Position numbers and translations under genes: made by a program. Of a DNA stretch of 34,992 bases, positions 1 through 9,466 are shown piece by piece. The DNA lies in the NCBI GenBank assembly GCA_035389045.1, contig DAOORA010000049.1:1-34992 (forward strand). Direction: 5' to 3'. This DNA is from Bacteroidales bacterium (GTDB lineage: Bacteria > Bacteroidota > Bacteroidia > Bacteroidales > CAIWKO01). The notes below the pieces were generated by a model. The model searched no databases. It saw nothing but the letters and a program-made list of their open reading frames with translations, and had not been told where the DNA came from. Numbering within the stretch: position 1 is the stretch's first letter; every line of letters begins with the position of its first letter.

Positions 1-78
1 GGGTCATAGGTTCGAATCCTATTGTTCCCACCCATAAAACAGAGGTCGCAGAAATTATTTTCCGGGACCTTTTTCATT
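1..78 (+). repeat. Direct repeat copy 1 (truncated by window edge): tRNA variable loop, T-arm, 3' acceptor strand and downstream terminator-like hairpin
   Basis: 1-78 is identical to 363-440. It contains ATAGG-TTCGAAT-CCTAT (T-arm) followed by TGTTCCC-A-CC. Confidence 0.95.
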
Positions 79-81
79 AAA

Positions 82-327
82 ATGTGTTTTGTCTATATAT
101 TATATTCGTTCGCCAGAGACCGGTATTATATCGGTATAACAAAAAATATTGAGGACAGGATTCGCAGGCATAATAGTAATCATAAGGGATTTACAGGAGG
201 GTCGGGTGACTGGGGTTTGGTCTGGCAGCGGGGTTTTGAGGATAAGAGGTCAGCATTATCTGAAGAGAAAAAGATAAAAGGTTGGAAAAGCAGGGTAAAG
301 ATAGAAAAGCTGATTTCGTCTGAATAG
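82..327 (+). CDS. Small standalone GIY-YIG nuclease family protein (81 aa)
   Basis: FVYILYS...YYIG.T.NIEDRIRRHN...A...EKKIK.WKSR motif pattern. ATG at 82 follows an A-rich leader; the longer start at 22 lies inside the tRNA repeat. Confidence 0.9.
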   Translation: MCFVYILYSFARDRYYIGITKNIEDRIRRHNSNHKGFTGGSGDWGLVWQRGFEDKRSALSEEKKIKGWKSRVKIEKLISSE

Positions 328-394
328 ATGCTGGTTCAGAGCATCCCGACAGCACGTCGGGAGGGTCATAGGTTCGAATCCTATTGTTCCCACC
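325..394 (+). pseudogene. tRNA-derived remnant (likely from tRNA-Val): no 5' acceptor strand, anticodon arm replaced by a palindrome
   Basis: CTGGTTCAGAGCA (D-loop/stem), TCCCGAC-AGCAC-GTCGGGA hairpin, GGGTC, intact T-arm, TGTTCCC-A-CC. Val identity is inferred from resemblance to Bacteroidota tRNA-Val D-loop context and discriminator A. Confidence 0.7.
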
Positions 395-440
395 CATAAA
401 ACAGAGGTCGCAGAAATTATTTTCCGGGACCTTTTTCATT
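363..440 (+). repeat. Direct repeat copy 2 (78 bp, offset 362 bp from copy 1)
   Basis: Identical to 1-78; includes imperfect hairpin AGGTC...GACCT followed by a T run. Confidence 0.95.
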
Positions 441-547
441 CAATTTGCATATACAACGGATCCGGGAATATCTTACAGATATTACAGGACAATGTTTTTG
501 TTCTTATCTAACCGGATTTATTTCAGATGCCAAAGAAACTGATTTTC

Positions 548-1540
548 CTATTTTGAATATGTCATCAAAGCATCCTCAATGAGCATATCAAGAAAAACAG
601 GAAGTTTATAGCCAAAAACTTTGGCCTGTTGTGGAACTATGCTCATCTCCGACATACCGGGAATGGTATTTACTTCAAGAAAAAACATTTTTCTACCTTT
701 GGTCATGATGTAATCCATTCGTACCACGCCTTTGCAGTTCAGCTTATTATACAAAAATGCCGAAGTGGCTGAACACAGACTCGCTTCTTCCGGGCTTATC
801 CTGGCTGGTGTTATCTCCAACGACATTCCCTGCTTGTATTTGGCCTCGAAATCAAAAAATTCATTTTTAGGGACGATCTCGGTAATCGGAAGAACGATCA
901 TACGGTTTTTATACCTGAACAGCCCGCAGGTAATCTCTGTTCCGTTGATGAATTCTTCGACAAGTATTTCTTCATCAATGCTGAACGCCAGCTCTATCGC
1001 CTTTTTCATTTCGCCTGGCATTTTCACTTTTGAAGTTCCGAAACTTGAACCTCCATTGCAGGGTTTTACAAATGCCGGAAACTTTATTTCTTCAATAATT
1101 TTGGCAACATTATATTTATCCCGCCTGAAAAGATGAACCGATTTGGGCACACTGACTCCCAGATTTTGGACCACATAATTGCAATAGGCCTTATTAAAAG
1201 TCATTGCAGATACATACTGATTGCATGACGTGTAAGGTATTCCCAGCATGTCGAAATACCCCTGTATTTTACCATCTTCGCCGGGAGTGCCATGAATGAT
1301 GTTGAATACACAATCAAATTTTATTTTTTTCCTGCCTGAAGAAATCGAAAAATCATTTTTATCAACGGCGGATTCTTTATTGTTTTCATCAATATAAACC
1401 CATTTTTCAGGTGTAATGCATATAAGATAAGAATTATACTTTTCCCGGTCCAGGTTTTGTATCACCATGCGTGAACTTTTTACCGAGATTTCATATTCTC
1501 CCGAATAACCTCCTGCTAGTACGGCAATATTTGTCTTCAT
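548..1540 (-). CDS. ddl: D-alanine--D-alanine ligase
   Basis: IAVLAGGYSGEYEIS, IHGTPGEDG, GSSFG, LEVNTIPGM motifs. Start MKTNIAV at 1540 has a TAAATTTG box just upstream. Confidence 0.95.
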   Translation of the reverse strand: MKTNIAVLAGGYSGEYEISVKSSRMVIQNLDREKYNSYLICITPEKWVYIDENNKESAVDKNDFSISSGRKKIKFDCVFNIIHGTPGEDGKIQGYFDMLGIPYTSCNQYVSAMTFNKAYCNYVVQNLGVSVPKSVHLFRRDKYNVAKIIEEIKFPAFVKPCNGGSSFGTSKVKMPGEMKKAIELAFSIDEEILVEEFINGTEITCGLFRYKNRMIVLPITEIVPKNEFFDFEAKYKQGMSLEITPARISPEEASLCSATSAFLYNKLNCKGVVRMDYIMTKGRKMFFLEVNTIPGMSEMSIVPQQAKVFGYKLPVFLDMLIEDALMTYSK

Positions 1541-1551
1541 ACTTTTTTGTG

Positions 1552-1607
1552 CAAATTTAACGAGATTTGCCGATATAAAACGGGAACGTGTTTTTTTGTT
1601 ATATTTG
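1552..1607. promoter_or_regulatory. Divergent Bacteroidota sigma-A -7 boxes for ddl and the PASTA operon
   Basis: TAAATTTG on - strand (1552-1559) and TATATTTG on + strand (1600-1607) match TAnnTTTG. Confidence 0.6.
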
Positions 1608-1690
1608 CAGGTTATAAACAATAAAACCGGCTTAAAACAGTTAATAAATCACGGTTTTTTTCACTGTTTTGTGGCAAAAGAATTTTTTAT

Positions 1691-2482
1691 ATGGGCTTTG
1701 TGAGTTTCATTAAAAGCAGGGTTTTCTGGAAACAAACTTTACTTGCTGTATTATTAACAATAGTTTTACTTTGGTTTTCTTTGCAACTGTTAAAAGCTTA
1801 CACACGCCACGGCTCCTATATTACTGTTCCTGATTTTAAAGGGGTGGGACTTAATGAGCTTGAAGATTTTGCATCAGACAACGACGTGGAATATATCATC
1901 AATGATTCGCTTTATGATTATTCTCTAACCAAAGGAACCGTCGCCATGCAGGATCCCATGCCGGGTACCAAAGTGAAAAAAAACCGGAAAATCTACCTGA
2001 CAGTTGTTGCTTTAAAACCCGAGCAGGTATCCATGCCCAACCTGGTGGATCTTACATTGCGTCAGGCAACCTCCATGCTGGAAACCTTCGGTCTGAAAAC
2101 CGGTTCACTGACCTATATTCCCGACATCGCTCATAATGCTGTTCTCCGCCAAAAACATAAAGGGTTGGATATTAAAGCCGGTGTAATGATTGAAAAAGGC
2201 TCCAGGATTGATCTTGTTCTGGGAAAAGGTGAAGAAAACAACTCGACCGGAGTTCCCGAACTTTACGGAAAAACTCAAGGTGAAGCTTATGAATTACTCC
2301 AGGAAGCTTCCCTCAACATTGGCAATGAAGTCTTCCTCGACGGCAATGACGAAAATGCACGCGTTTATAAACAACAACCCGGGCGCAATGCCTCCATTAA
2401 ATACGGCGGAGCCGTGGACCTGTGGTATAGATCAGATAAAAAATTCGACTTTAATAAAAATAATACCAATGAGGATGAATAA
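1691..2482 (+). CDS. PASTA domain-containing membrane protein (three PASTA repeats)
   Basis: N-terminal TM helix; VPDFKG, MPNLVD and VPELYG repeat starts; Q.P.PG motifs; next to ddl. Confidence 0.9.
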   Translation: MGFVSFIKSRVFWKQTLLAVLLTIVLLWFSLQLLKAYTRHGSYITVPDFKGVGLNELEDFASDNDVEYIINDSLYDYSLTKGTVAMQDPMPGTKVKKNRKIYLTVVALKPEQVSMPNLVDLTLRQATSMLETFGLKTGSLTYIPDIAHNAVLRQKHKGLDIKAGVMIEKGSRIDLVLGKGEENNSTGVPELYGKTQGEAYELLQEASLNIGNEVFLDGNDENARVYKQQPGRNASIKYGGAVDLWYRSDKKFDFNKNNTNEDE

Positions 2483-4400
2483 AAAATCAATCCTGTTTTC
2501 TTTGTTCATAGTGCTATGCCTTTCGTTACCGGCACAGGAATACCTTACGGAGCTCTCATCAAATCCTGCATTGAGCCCGAAAAGAAATAAAAACACTCAT
2601 TTCAGCAAAAATGACACCTACGTGCGGCTTCCCTTTCTTGATGATTTTTCTTATCCTAATTCGGTTTATCCGGCCGACTCACTATGGAGCGACCGCAACG
2701 TATTCATCAACAGAGGATACTGCATAAATCCTCCCAGTGTTGGGGTAGCAACATTTGACGCCATCAATGATACCGGCGCCGTCTATCCTTACGCTACCAC
2801 CACCCCTTTTATTGCCGATTCGCTGACTTCGCTTCCTGTCAGGCTCGACTCTGTTTTTTACGGATCACCCGCCGCCATTTCTGCCGCTGACTCTTTATAT
2901 TTCAGTTTTTATTATCAGCCACAGGGTATTGGCGACGCACCTGAAAAAAACGATTCTTTGCTGCTCGAATTTTATGCTCCGAATCTGAATAAATGGCATA
3001 AAGTGTGGGGGACTCCCGGCATGAAACTCGATACTTTTCTTACAAAATACAATTCATATTTCCACATGGTAATGATTCCAATTACTGATACCGCGTATAT
3101 TCAGAAAGGGTTTCAGTTCCGTTTTATAAATTATGCCAGCATTGCCAGCATGAGCCTCCCAAGCTGGCAAAGCAATACCGATCAATGGAATATAGACTAT
3201 GTTTACCTCAACATTAACCGTAACATACACGATACCGTTTCGATGGATATCACATTTGTTGACCCTGCGCCATCACTGCTAAAAAACTACACCCAAATGC
3301 CTGCCCGGCAATATGTTGGCGCCGAACTTAAAGATTCCCTCCATCTAAAAATCAGTAACCTGAACAATGTGCTGGACAATATCTCATACCAGTACTGTGT
3401 TACCCAGGAGAATGGGTCATATTCTTATTGTAAATCGGGCGGCGTCTGGGATATTTATCCTTTTAATACTCATGGCTATCTTGATTATCCACTTATGTCA
3501 AGCCCGGTGGTGGATTTCACGCTTCCGTCATTTACCGGTTACGATAGTATCTGTTTTAATGTAACTCACATAATAGGAAGCAACGGATGGACTGAAAAGA
3601 TTTTATCCAATGACACCATCGTTTTCCGCCAGGATTTTAATAACTGCTATGCCTACGATGACGGAACCGCCGAAAATGGTTACGGACTGTCAACAACCAA
3701 CGCTAAACTCGCTTATAGGTTTACTTTAAACCAACCCGACACCTTGGGCGGAGTGCAGATGTATTTTAATCAGACGTACAACACACCCTATTATAAATAT
3801 TTTTACATCACCGTGTGGTCATCATTAAGCCCCGAAACCATTATTTATAAATCAAAACGTAAACGACCAGAATTTATGGACAGCATCAACGCCTATTGCA
3901 ATTATCTTATTGCAGATACGTTGCTACCTGTAAGCGGTACTTTTTATGTGGGCTGGCAGCAACTCACAGATGATAATCTCAATGTCGGTTTTGACAGAAA
4001 TACCAATTCAAAAACCAATATTTTTTACAATGTCGATGGCACCTGGACGGGGTCTTCCTTTGACGGCTCGCTGATGATCCGCCCACTGGTCGGCACGGGC
4101 TGGCACCAGTATTTTTCAGATGTTAATGAACATACAACAGGATTTTTAAATTTTGTGGTTTATCCCAATCCCGCTAACGGAAACTATATCAATATAAGCC
4201 TGCCTTCCAATAATTTATTACCAGAAAAAAAGAACAACATGACCATTGAAATATACAATAATCTTGGTCAGTTGGTTTTAAGTAACCCTTTTTCGGAGAT
4301 TTTAGAAATCAGCAAATTACATAATGGGGTGTATTTGGTTCGTATTTCCGGATCCGAACATATGCAGGTTTATCAGAGCAAACTGGTGATCACCCGTTAA
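2469..4400 (+). CDS. Secreted protein with T9SS type A C-terminal sorting domain, function unknown
   Basis: Signal peptide MRMNKKSILFSLFIVLCLSLPAQ (start 2469 or 2475). C-terminal VYPNPA...IYNNLGQ...GVYLVRI...KLVI. Confidence 0.85.
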   Translation: MRMNKKSILFSLFIVLCLSLPAQEYLTELSSNPALSPKRNKNTHFSKNDTYVRLPFLDDFSYPNSVYPADSLWSDRNVFINRGYCINPPSVGVATFDAINDTGAVYPYATTTPFIADSLTSLPVRLDSVFYGSPAAISAADSLYFSFYYQPQGIGDAPEKNDSLLLEFYAPNLNKWHKVWGTPGMKLDTFLTKYNSYFHMVMIPITDTAYIQKGFQFRFINYASIASMSLPSWQSNTDQWNIDYVYLNINRNIHDTVSMDITFVDPAPSLLKNYTQMPARQYVGAELKDSLHLKISNLNNVLDNISYQYCVTQENGSYSYCKSGGVWDIYPFNTHGYLDYPLMSSPVVDFTLPSFTGYDSICFNVTHIIGSNGWTEKILSNDTIVFRQDFNNCYAYDDGTAENGYGLSTTNAKLAYRFTLNQPDTLGGVQMYFNQTYNTPYYKYFYITVWSSLSPETIIYKSKRKRPEFMDSINAYCNYLIADTLLPVSGTFYVGWQQLTDDNLNVGFDRNTNSKTNIFYNVDGTWTGSSFDGSLMIRPLVGTGWHQYFSDVNEHTTGFLNFVVYPNPANGNYINISLPSNNLLPEKKNNMTIEIYNNLGQLVLSNPFSEILEISKLHNGVYLVRISGSEHMQVYQSKLVITR

Positions 4401-4409
4401 CGAAGCCTA

Positions 4410-5423
4410 ATGACCGAAGTTGCCGACCTGCCCGAAGAAGAAAAAGAATTTTACGAACATTACCATTTCTGCGTTGATCCCGGTCAGCAATCCATGCGTA
4501 TAGACAAATTTCTGGCCGACCGTATATCCAGCGTATCCAGAAGCAAAATTCAAAGCGCCGCAGATGCCTGTGCCATACTCGTAAACAACAAACCCGCAAA
4601 ATCAAGCTACAAAATTAAGCCCCGCGATGAAATATCCATTGTGCTGCCATTCCCTCCCCATGAATTTGAACTTGTTGCCGAAAACATCCCTATTAACATT
4701 GTCTTTGAAGATAACGACATTTTAATTATCAACAAAGAAGCCGGCATGGTGGTTCATCCGGGTTTTGGAAATTTCAACGGGACCATGTTAAACGCCCTGC
4801 TGTACCACCTGAAAGACCATCCTGATATGCAGCCATTACTGGTGCACAGAATTGATAAAGATACTTCTGGTATACTTGTCGTTGCTAAAAATGATGCAAG
4901 CCATGCAAAACTTGCCAAATATTTCTTTGATCATGTCATCGACCGTAAATATCAGGCGCTGGTATGGGGCGATTTCGAAGACGAAGAAGGTACCATCACA
5001 GGCTATATTGGCCGTGATGTGCGCAACCGCAAAATAATGGATGTTTATATGGACGAAAACCAGGGAAGGTACGCGGTAACACATTATAAGGTTCTCGAAA
5101 GATTCCGATATGTCACCCTGATCGAATGTACCCTCGAAACCGGACGGACACACCAGATACGGGCACACATGAAACACATCGGACATCCCTTGTTTAACGA
5201 CGCTGTTTATGGAGGCGATCGTATCCTGAAAGGCACCACTTTCACAAAATACAGGCAATTTGTTGAAAACTGTTTTCAGTTACTGCCCCGGCAGGCACTG
5301 CATGCCAAATCATTGGGTTTTAATCACCCGGCAACAGGCAAATATGTTTTTTTTGATTCGGATATTCCCACAGATATGCAGGAGGTATTGGAAAAATGGA
5401 GAAACTATGTGCAGACACTCTGA
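4410..5423 (+). CDS. RluA-family pseudouridine synthase (RluD-like, N-terminal S4 domain)
   Basis: RIDKFLA S4 domain, NKEAGMVVHP, HRIDKDTSG (catalytic Asp), LETGRTHQIR, RQALHA. Confidence 0.95.
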   Translation: MTEVADLPEEEKEFYEHYHFCVDPGQQSMRIDKFLADRISSVSRSKIQSAADACAILVNNKPAKSSYKIKPRDEISIVLPFPPHEFELVAENIPINIVFEDNDILIINKEAGMVVHPGFGNFNGTMLNALLYHLKDHPDMQPLLVHRIDKDTSGILVVAKNDASHAKLAKYFFDHVIDRKYQALVWGDFEDEEGTITGYIGRDVRNRKIMDVYMDENQGRYAVTHYKVLERFRYVTLIECTLETGRTHQIRAHMKHIGHPLFNDAVYGGDRILKGTTFTKYRQFVENCFQLLPRQALHAKSLGFNHPATGKYVFFDSDIPTDMQEVLEKWRNYVQTL

Positions 5424-5438
5424 TTTTCTGAGTGTTTT

Positions 5439-6560
5439 TCATTTTTTAACGTCAGAATAATCGGAGTACCTTTCCACTGGTATAAAACCGGAATCTTTGA
5501 TCATTTTTTGTAACTCATCCGCACTGAGGGTATTATCTTTTTCTTCCATTCCTGCAGCCGTATAAATTCCTGTCGAATTACCAATCGTGCCGTCAATGTC
5601 ATCCACCCCAAATGAAAGCGCCAGCTGCGCTTGCTTTTTACCGAGCATAGGCCAGTAAGCTTTCAGGTGAGGAACATTATCGAGAAATATTCGGGATACA
5701 GCATAATTCCTCATATCTTCCAAAAGGGTGGTTTCGCCGATGGCAGACAGGGCATTGTTATGGCTTTTATACCGGAGGGGAATAAAAGCATTCAGCCCAT
5801 GAGTTTCGTCTTGAAGATCACGCAAACGACTCATATGGGTGATACGGTGGCTGTAATTTTCAATGTGTCCATAGAGCATGGTGGCATTTGAAAAAATACC
5901 CGTTTGATGTGCGACCCTGTGAATTTCAAGCCAATCTTCAAAAGCAACTTTTTCCGGACATATTTGGATCCTGATGTTTTCATCAAATATTTCAGCCCCG
6001 CCGCCGGGTATTGAATTTAATCCGGCTACAACCAGCATTTTCATACCTTCAGCATAACTAACGGCAGCTTTCCGAAAAACATAAAAAAGTTCAGCCGCCG
6101 AAAATGCTTTAATATGGATGCAGGGTTTCTTTTTTCTGACCAGCCGGATTATTTCTTCGTACTCCGGCAGGCTGGCATCGGGATGTGTTCCTCCTGTTAT
6201 ATGAATTTCCTTAATATCATCATCAATATTGTCAATTATTTCTACAAATTCTTTTTTTGAATAATACCACGAGCCTGGCTCACCCTGTTTTCTTGAAAAC
6301 GAACAAAATCTGCAATTGTAAATACAGATGTTTGTTGGCTCTATGTGTATGTTTTTTATATAATAGACCAGTGAACCGTTGATTTTTTGGCGGATATGCT
6401 GTGCCATAACCGCAAGCAATCCTGTTTCGGTATGTTCAAATAAGTAAATCCCTTCGGTAATGTTTATGCTGCACCCTTGCAGAATTTTTTCCGCGATTAT
6501 TTTTTCCCGATGGGTTATAATAAGATCACTTTTCAGATAATGCTCCAGAGAACAACACAT
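5439..6560 (-). CDS. mqnE: CofH/MqnE-family radical SAM enzyme, probably aminofutalosine synthase
   Basis: CIYNCRFC (CxxxCxxC), PGGGAEIF, NATMLYGHIE, HLKAYWPMLG, FGVDDIDGT. Confidence 0.75.
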   Translation of the reverse strand: MCCSLEHYLKSDLIITHREKIIAEKILQGCSINITEGIYLFEHTETGLLAVMAQHIRQKINGSLVYYIKNIHIEPTNICIYNCRFCSFSRKQGEPGSWYYSKKEFVEIIDNIDDDIKEIHITGGTHPDASLPEYEEIIRLVRKKKPCIHIKAFSAAELFYVFRKAAVSYAEGMKMLVVAGLNSIPGGGAEIFDENIRIQICPEKVAFEDWLEIHRVAHQTGIFSNATMLYGHIENYSHRITHMSRLRDLQDETHGLNAFIPLRYKSHNNALSAIGETTLLEDMRNYAVSRIFLDNVPHLKAYWPMLGKKQAQLALSFGVDDIDGTIGNSTGIYTAAGMEEKDNTLSADELQKMIKDSGFIPVERYSDYSDVKK

Positions 6561-6757
6561 ATATATTATAAAACAGAATTGTTTAGTGGTCCATAATTAA
6601 TCCGGTATGTGTCCTTCCTGAATTCAAAAAACTGTTGAAAATCACTTTAATATCAGCGACTTGTGACCCAAAAACCGTTCGGATTAATTTTAATACTATT
6701 CCTGTCTGCGTTTGCAAGCTGTCATAAAACATATTTTTCAGACAACCGCATTCATGG

Positions 6758-9460
6758 TTATTTTAACAAACTCAATTTTTTGATCAACGTTTTTTGCCCA
6801 TTGCTGATATGCAAGATAAATATTCCTTCCGGACAATCCGACAGATCGAGCTTTATAGTGTTGGATATCAACCCATTATAAGCCAAGCTTTTCACTTCTT
6901 TCCCCATTACATCATACACTTTTATTTCAAGGTTTTCATACTTATAATTTCCGAATCCGATATTATAAATACCTTCGGAAGGGTTGGGAAAAACAAGAAC
7001 TTCGGCATCATTATTTTCCGGGACGCCATAGGTTGCAGGGTTGCAAAGCACCGGGAAAATAGCATGAGAAAGATTATACGACCATGAGGCTATATTGGAA
7101 TAAGGATACCATGTATCGTTTCGCCAGAGCTCCCAGGCTGTACCGGGCATGGATTGTCCGTTTTTATTGGTCAGCAGCACTATCGTATCGCCGGATTCCA
7201 TAGGCAGCATAACGCCAAGATAAAATGAACCCGATAAATCCAGCGGCGGGTTAAACTGCACAAAAGTGAATGCATTCATATTAATATCACTGTGTATCTG
7301 TGAATACGAAAGGGAGTCGGTTAACAGGATATTTCCCGGCGCACCAACCGGACCTGAATTATCCCATACATGCACTGCAATATTATAATCCTGGCCTGAT
7401 GCTTTTTTTGCTTTGCCAAATTTGAAATAGGCTCCGGTCAACTTGGTAAAAGGAGATACAGATATAAAAAAATCTGCTTTAGCCTTGTCGGAATATCCGT
7501 TGTTCCCGGAGACATATCCGTAAACTCCGCTGGAATAATATACTGAATACATTACCATATTTCCTGTCAAGGGATAATTTAGTGTATCACAGGGGTTAGG
7601 CGACGGGTTTGATCCAACAAAAATATATGCATTTTTGGTCTCGGTGTCAGAGCCTGAAGCATTGGTAACCGTTAACGACACAGCATAAGTACCTGGTGTG
7701 TTGTATTGAATGCCTGTCGGATTCTGATCCGTTGACGTTGCAGGTGTGCCTCCGGTAAATGTCCACGACCAGGATGCGGGGGCGCCTCCGGACAGATCGG
7801 TGAAATTAACACTGCCTCCGACGGGGATGGATGTCACATTGGCCGTAAAATCAGCCACTGGGGGTGGGGTACCTACGGTAATATAATTGTTTTTTGTTTC
7901 TGTATCGCTGCCCGAGCCATTGCTTGCAGTTAACGACACCGTATAAATACCTGCAGTATTGTACTGAATATTCGTCGGGTTTTGCGTGGCATCTGTTGCA
8001 GGAGTGCCCCCTGTGAATGACCACGACCAGCTGGTAGGGCTTCCTGTCGACAGGTCAGTAAAATTCACCGTGCCGCCCACGGGTATAGTTGTCGGATTGC
8101 CCGAAAAATCAGCAGTAACAGGAGTTCCTCCTCCGAAATACATACCGTTGAGAGTCGTTGTGCCGGTACTCCCCGGATCGAGCCAGTTGCTCAGTCGTGT
8201 GGAATTTGTTCCTGCCCCTGTCCATGAAAGATGAAAACATCCGTAATAGTCCCACATCTGTGTGGCGCCGCATCCCGAAGGCCCGCCATATAATTGACCG
8301 ACTATTCTTTTGTTCTGGTCAAACATCGGGGAGCCGGAAGATCCCGGTTCCGTGCATGCCGGGCCGGACCATGGCGTTTTCCAACACTGGGCGCCGCTGA
8401 ACGTGGATAGTGTCATGGCATTACATGGTGATAACTTCATGATATCCCCGTCGGGATGATGAATTCCCATGCCGGAGGGAGGCGGTGTTCCCGAACGGTC
8501 CCACCCGGCATAATAAACATTATATGCTGCCGGAGGCGTGCTATTCATCTGCACCAGACAGAAATCGGTGCCGGCATTCCTGGCTTTCAGGGCAGACCCT
8601 GAAACAGAATTATACGGAGGAGACGTGGATGGATTGGTGCAGGTAGGTGACTCCCATTGAAACCAGAACACCCAGGATGAAAAGTCGTTACTGCCCGAAC
8701 AATGATTAGCGGTAAGAACATAAGGTGTTCCGTCATTGGCGGTATTATTCACTAAAGCCCCTGTGCAAAAACCATTTCCACCGGTAACCAACATGCATAC
8801 GGAGTTGATCTGATCTTCCCACCCCGCGCCTGTCGGACATTTTACATTGATCTGACAAGCCCCCGAAGTATTCAACCCTTTCAGGTATGTATAGGGACCC
8901 CGGTAACCATGCGTTACCCTGTTTATATTTAATTCGCCGGAAAACTGAACATCGGACGGCTCATAGTACTCAAGGGTTATGGCATCACCACGAACCAGGG
9001 TTGTCGCAAAAACGCCGTCTTCCTGGTTATTAAAATCTGTGAACGCACCGATCAGTTCGGTTCGAAAATCGTTATAAATAAAAAGTTTAGCACCGGCAGG
9101 AAGCCGGTATTTGTTAAACGTAAGGTTTATGGTTAGCGCACCCTCTGAATAAATCCTGAGCCGCCATAGCTTATCTCCGTTAGGTAAAATCTCAGTAATT
9201 CCACTGTTAGCAAGGTTTAATATCACATCAATGTTTTTCCCGAAACGCCAGGGTATGTCTTTAATTTTATCAAGGATCAGATCTTCCTCCTGTAAAGCTG
9301 CAACATCTACAACGGGCATCACGGCTGTGGGGACATCAGTACTCAGGCTTGCAGCGTTTTGCGGAAAAAAGCTGAACGGTTTGCCCCCCTGACTTATCTG
9401 AGCTAAGGAATTTGTAAAGAAAACAAGAAAGAAACCGGCAATTAAAAACAGTTTTTTCAT
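6758..9460 (-). CDS. T9SS-secreted lysyl-endopeptidase-like (trypsin fold) serine protease with two PKD domains
   Basis: Signal peptide; triad motifs LTANHC, TDFCL, TEPGSSGSP; two ADF...VNFTDLS...SWSW.F.GGTP...G.Y.VSLT repeats; VFPNP CTD. Confidence 0.9.
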   Translation of the reverse strand: MKKLFLIAGFFLVFFTNSLAQISQGGKPFSFFPQNAASLSTDVPTAVMPVVDVAALQEEDLILDKIKDIPWRFGKNIDVILNLANSGITEILPNGDKLWRLRIYSEGALTINLTFNKYRLPAGAKLFIYNDFRTELIGAFTDFNNQEDGVFATTLVRGDAITLEYYEPSDVQFSGELNINRVTHGYRGPYTYLKGLNTSGACQINVKCPTGAGWEDQINSVCMLVTGGNGFCTGALVNNTANDGTPYVLTANHCSGSNDFSSWVFWFQWESPTCTNPSTSPPYNSVSGSALKARNAGTDFCLVQMNSTPPAAYNVYYAGWDRSGTPPPSGMGIHHPDGDIMKLSPCNAMTLSTFSGAQCWKTPWSGPACTEPGSSGSPMFDQNKRIVGQLYGGPSGCGATQMWDYYGCFHLSWTGAGTNSTRLSNWLDPGSTGTTTLNGMYFGGGTPVTADFSGNPTTIPVGGTVNFTDLSTGSPTSWSWSFTGGTPATDATQNPTNIQYNTAGIYTVSLTASNGSGSDTETKNNYITVGTPPPVADFTANVTSIPVGGSVNFTDLSGGAPASWSWTFTGGTPATSTDQNPTGIQYNTPGTYAVSLTVTNASGSDTETKNAYIFVGSNPSPNPCDTLNYPLTGNMVMYSVYYSSGVYGYVSGNNGYSDKAKADFFISVSPFTKLTGAYFKFGKAKKASGQDYNIAVHVWDNSGPVGAPGNILLTDSLSYSQIHSDINMNAFTFVQFNPPLDLSGSFYLGVMLPMESGDTIVLLTNKNGQSMPGTAWELWRNDTWYPYSNIASWSYNLSHAIFPVLCNPATYGVPENNDAEVLVFPNPSEGIYNIGFGNYKYENLEIKVYDVMGKEVKSLAYNGLISNTIKLDLSDCPEGIFILHISNGQKTLIKKLSLLK
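7620..8120 (-). repeat. Tandem PKD domain duplication inside the protease gene (approximate limits)
   Basis: Two similar ~85-aa units, each ending GSDTETKN.YI.VG. Confidence 0.85.
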
Positions 9461-9466
9461 ATTATA

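Noticed and set aside
325..394. Functional tRNA gene
   Set aside because: No 5' strand complementary to TGTTCCC and no 7-nt anticodon loop.
191..439. 82-aa minus-strand ORF
   Set aside because: Antisense to the GIY-YIG gene and tRNA remnant; no recognisable motif.
2190..2468. N-terminal extension of the 736-aa ORF
   Set aside because: Overlaps the PASTA gene; the signal peptide begins at 2469/2475.
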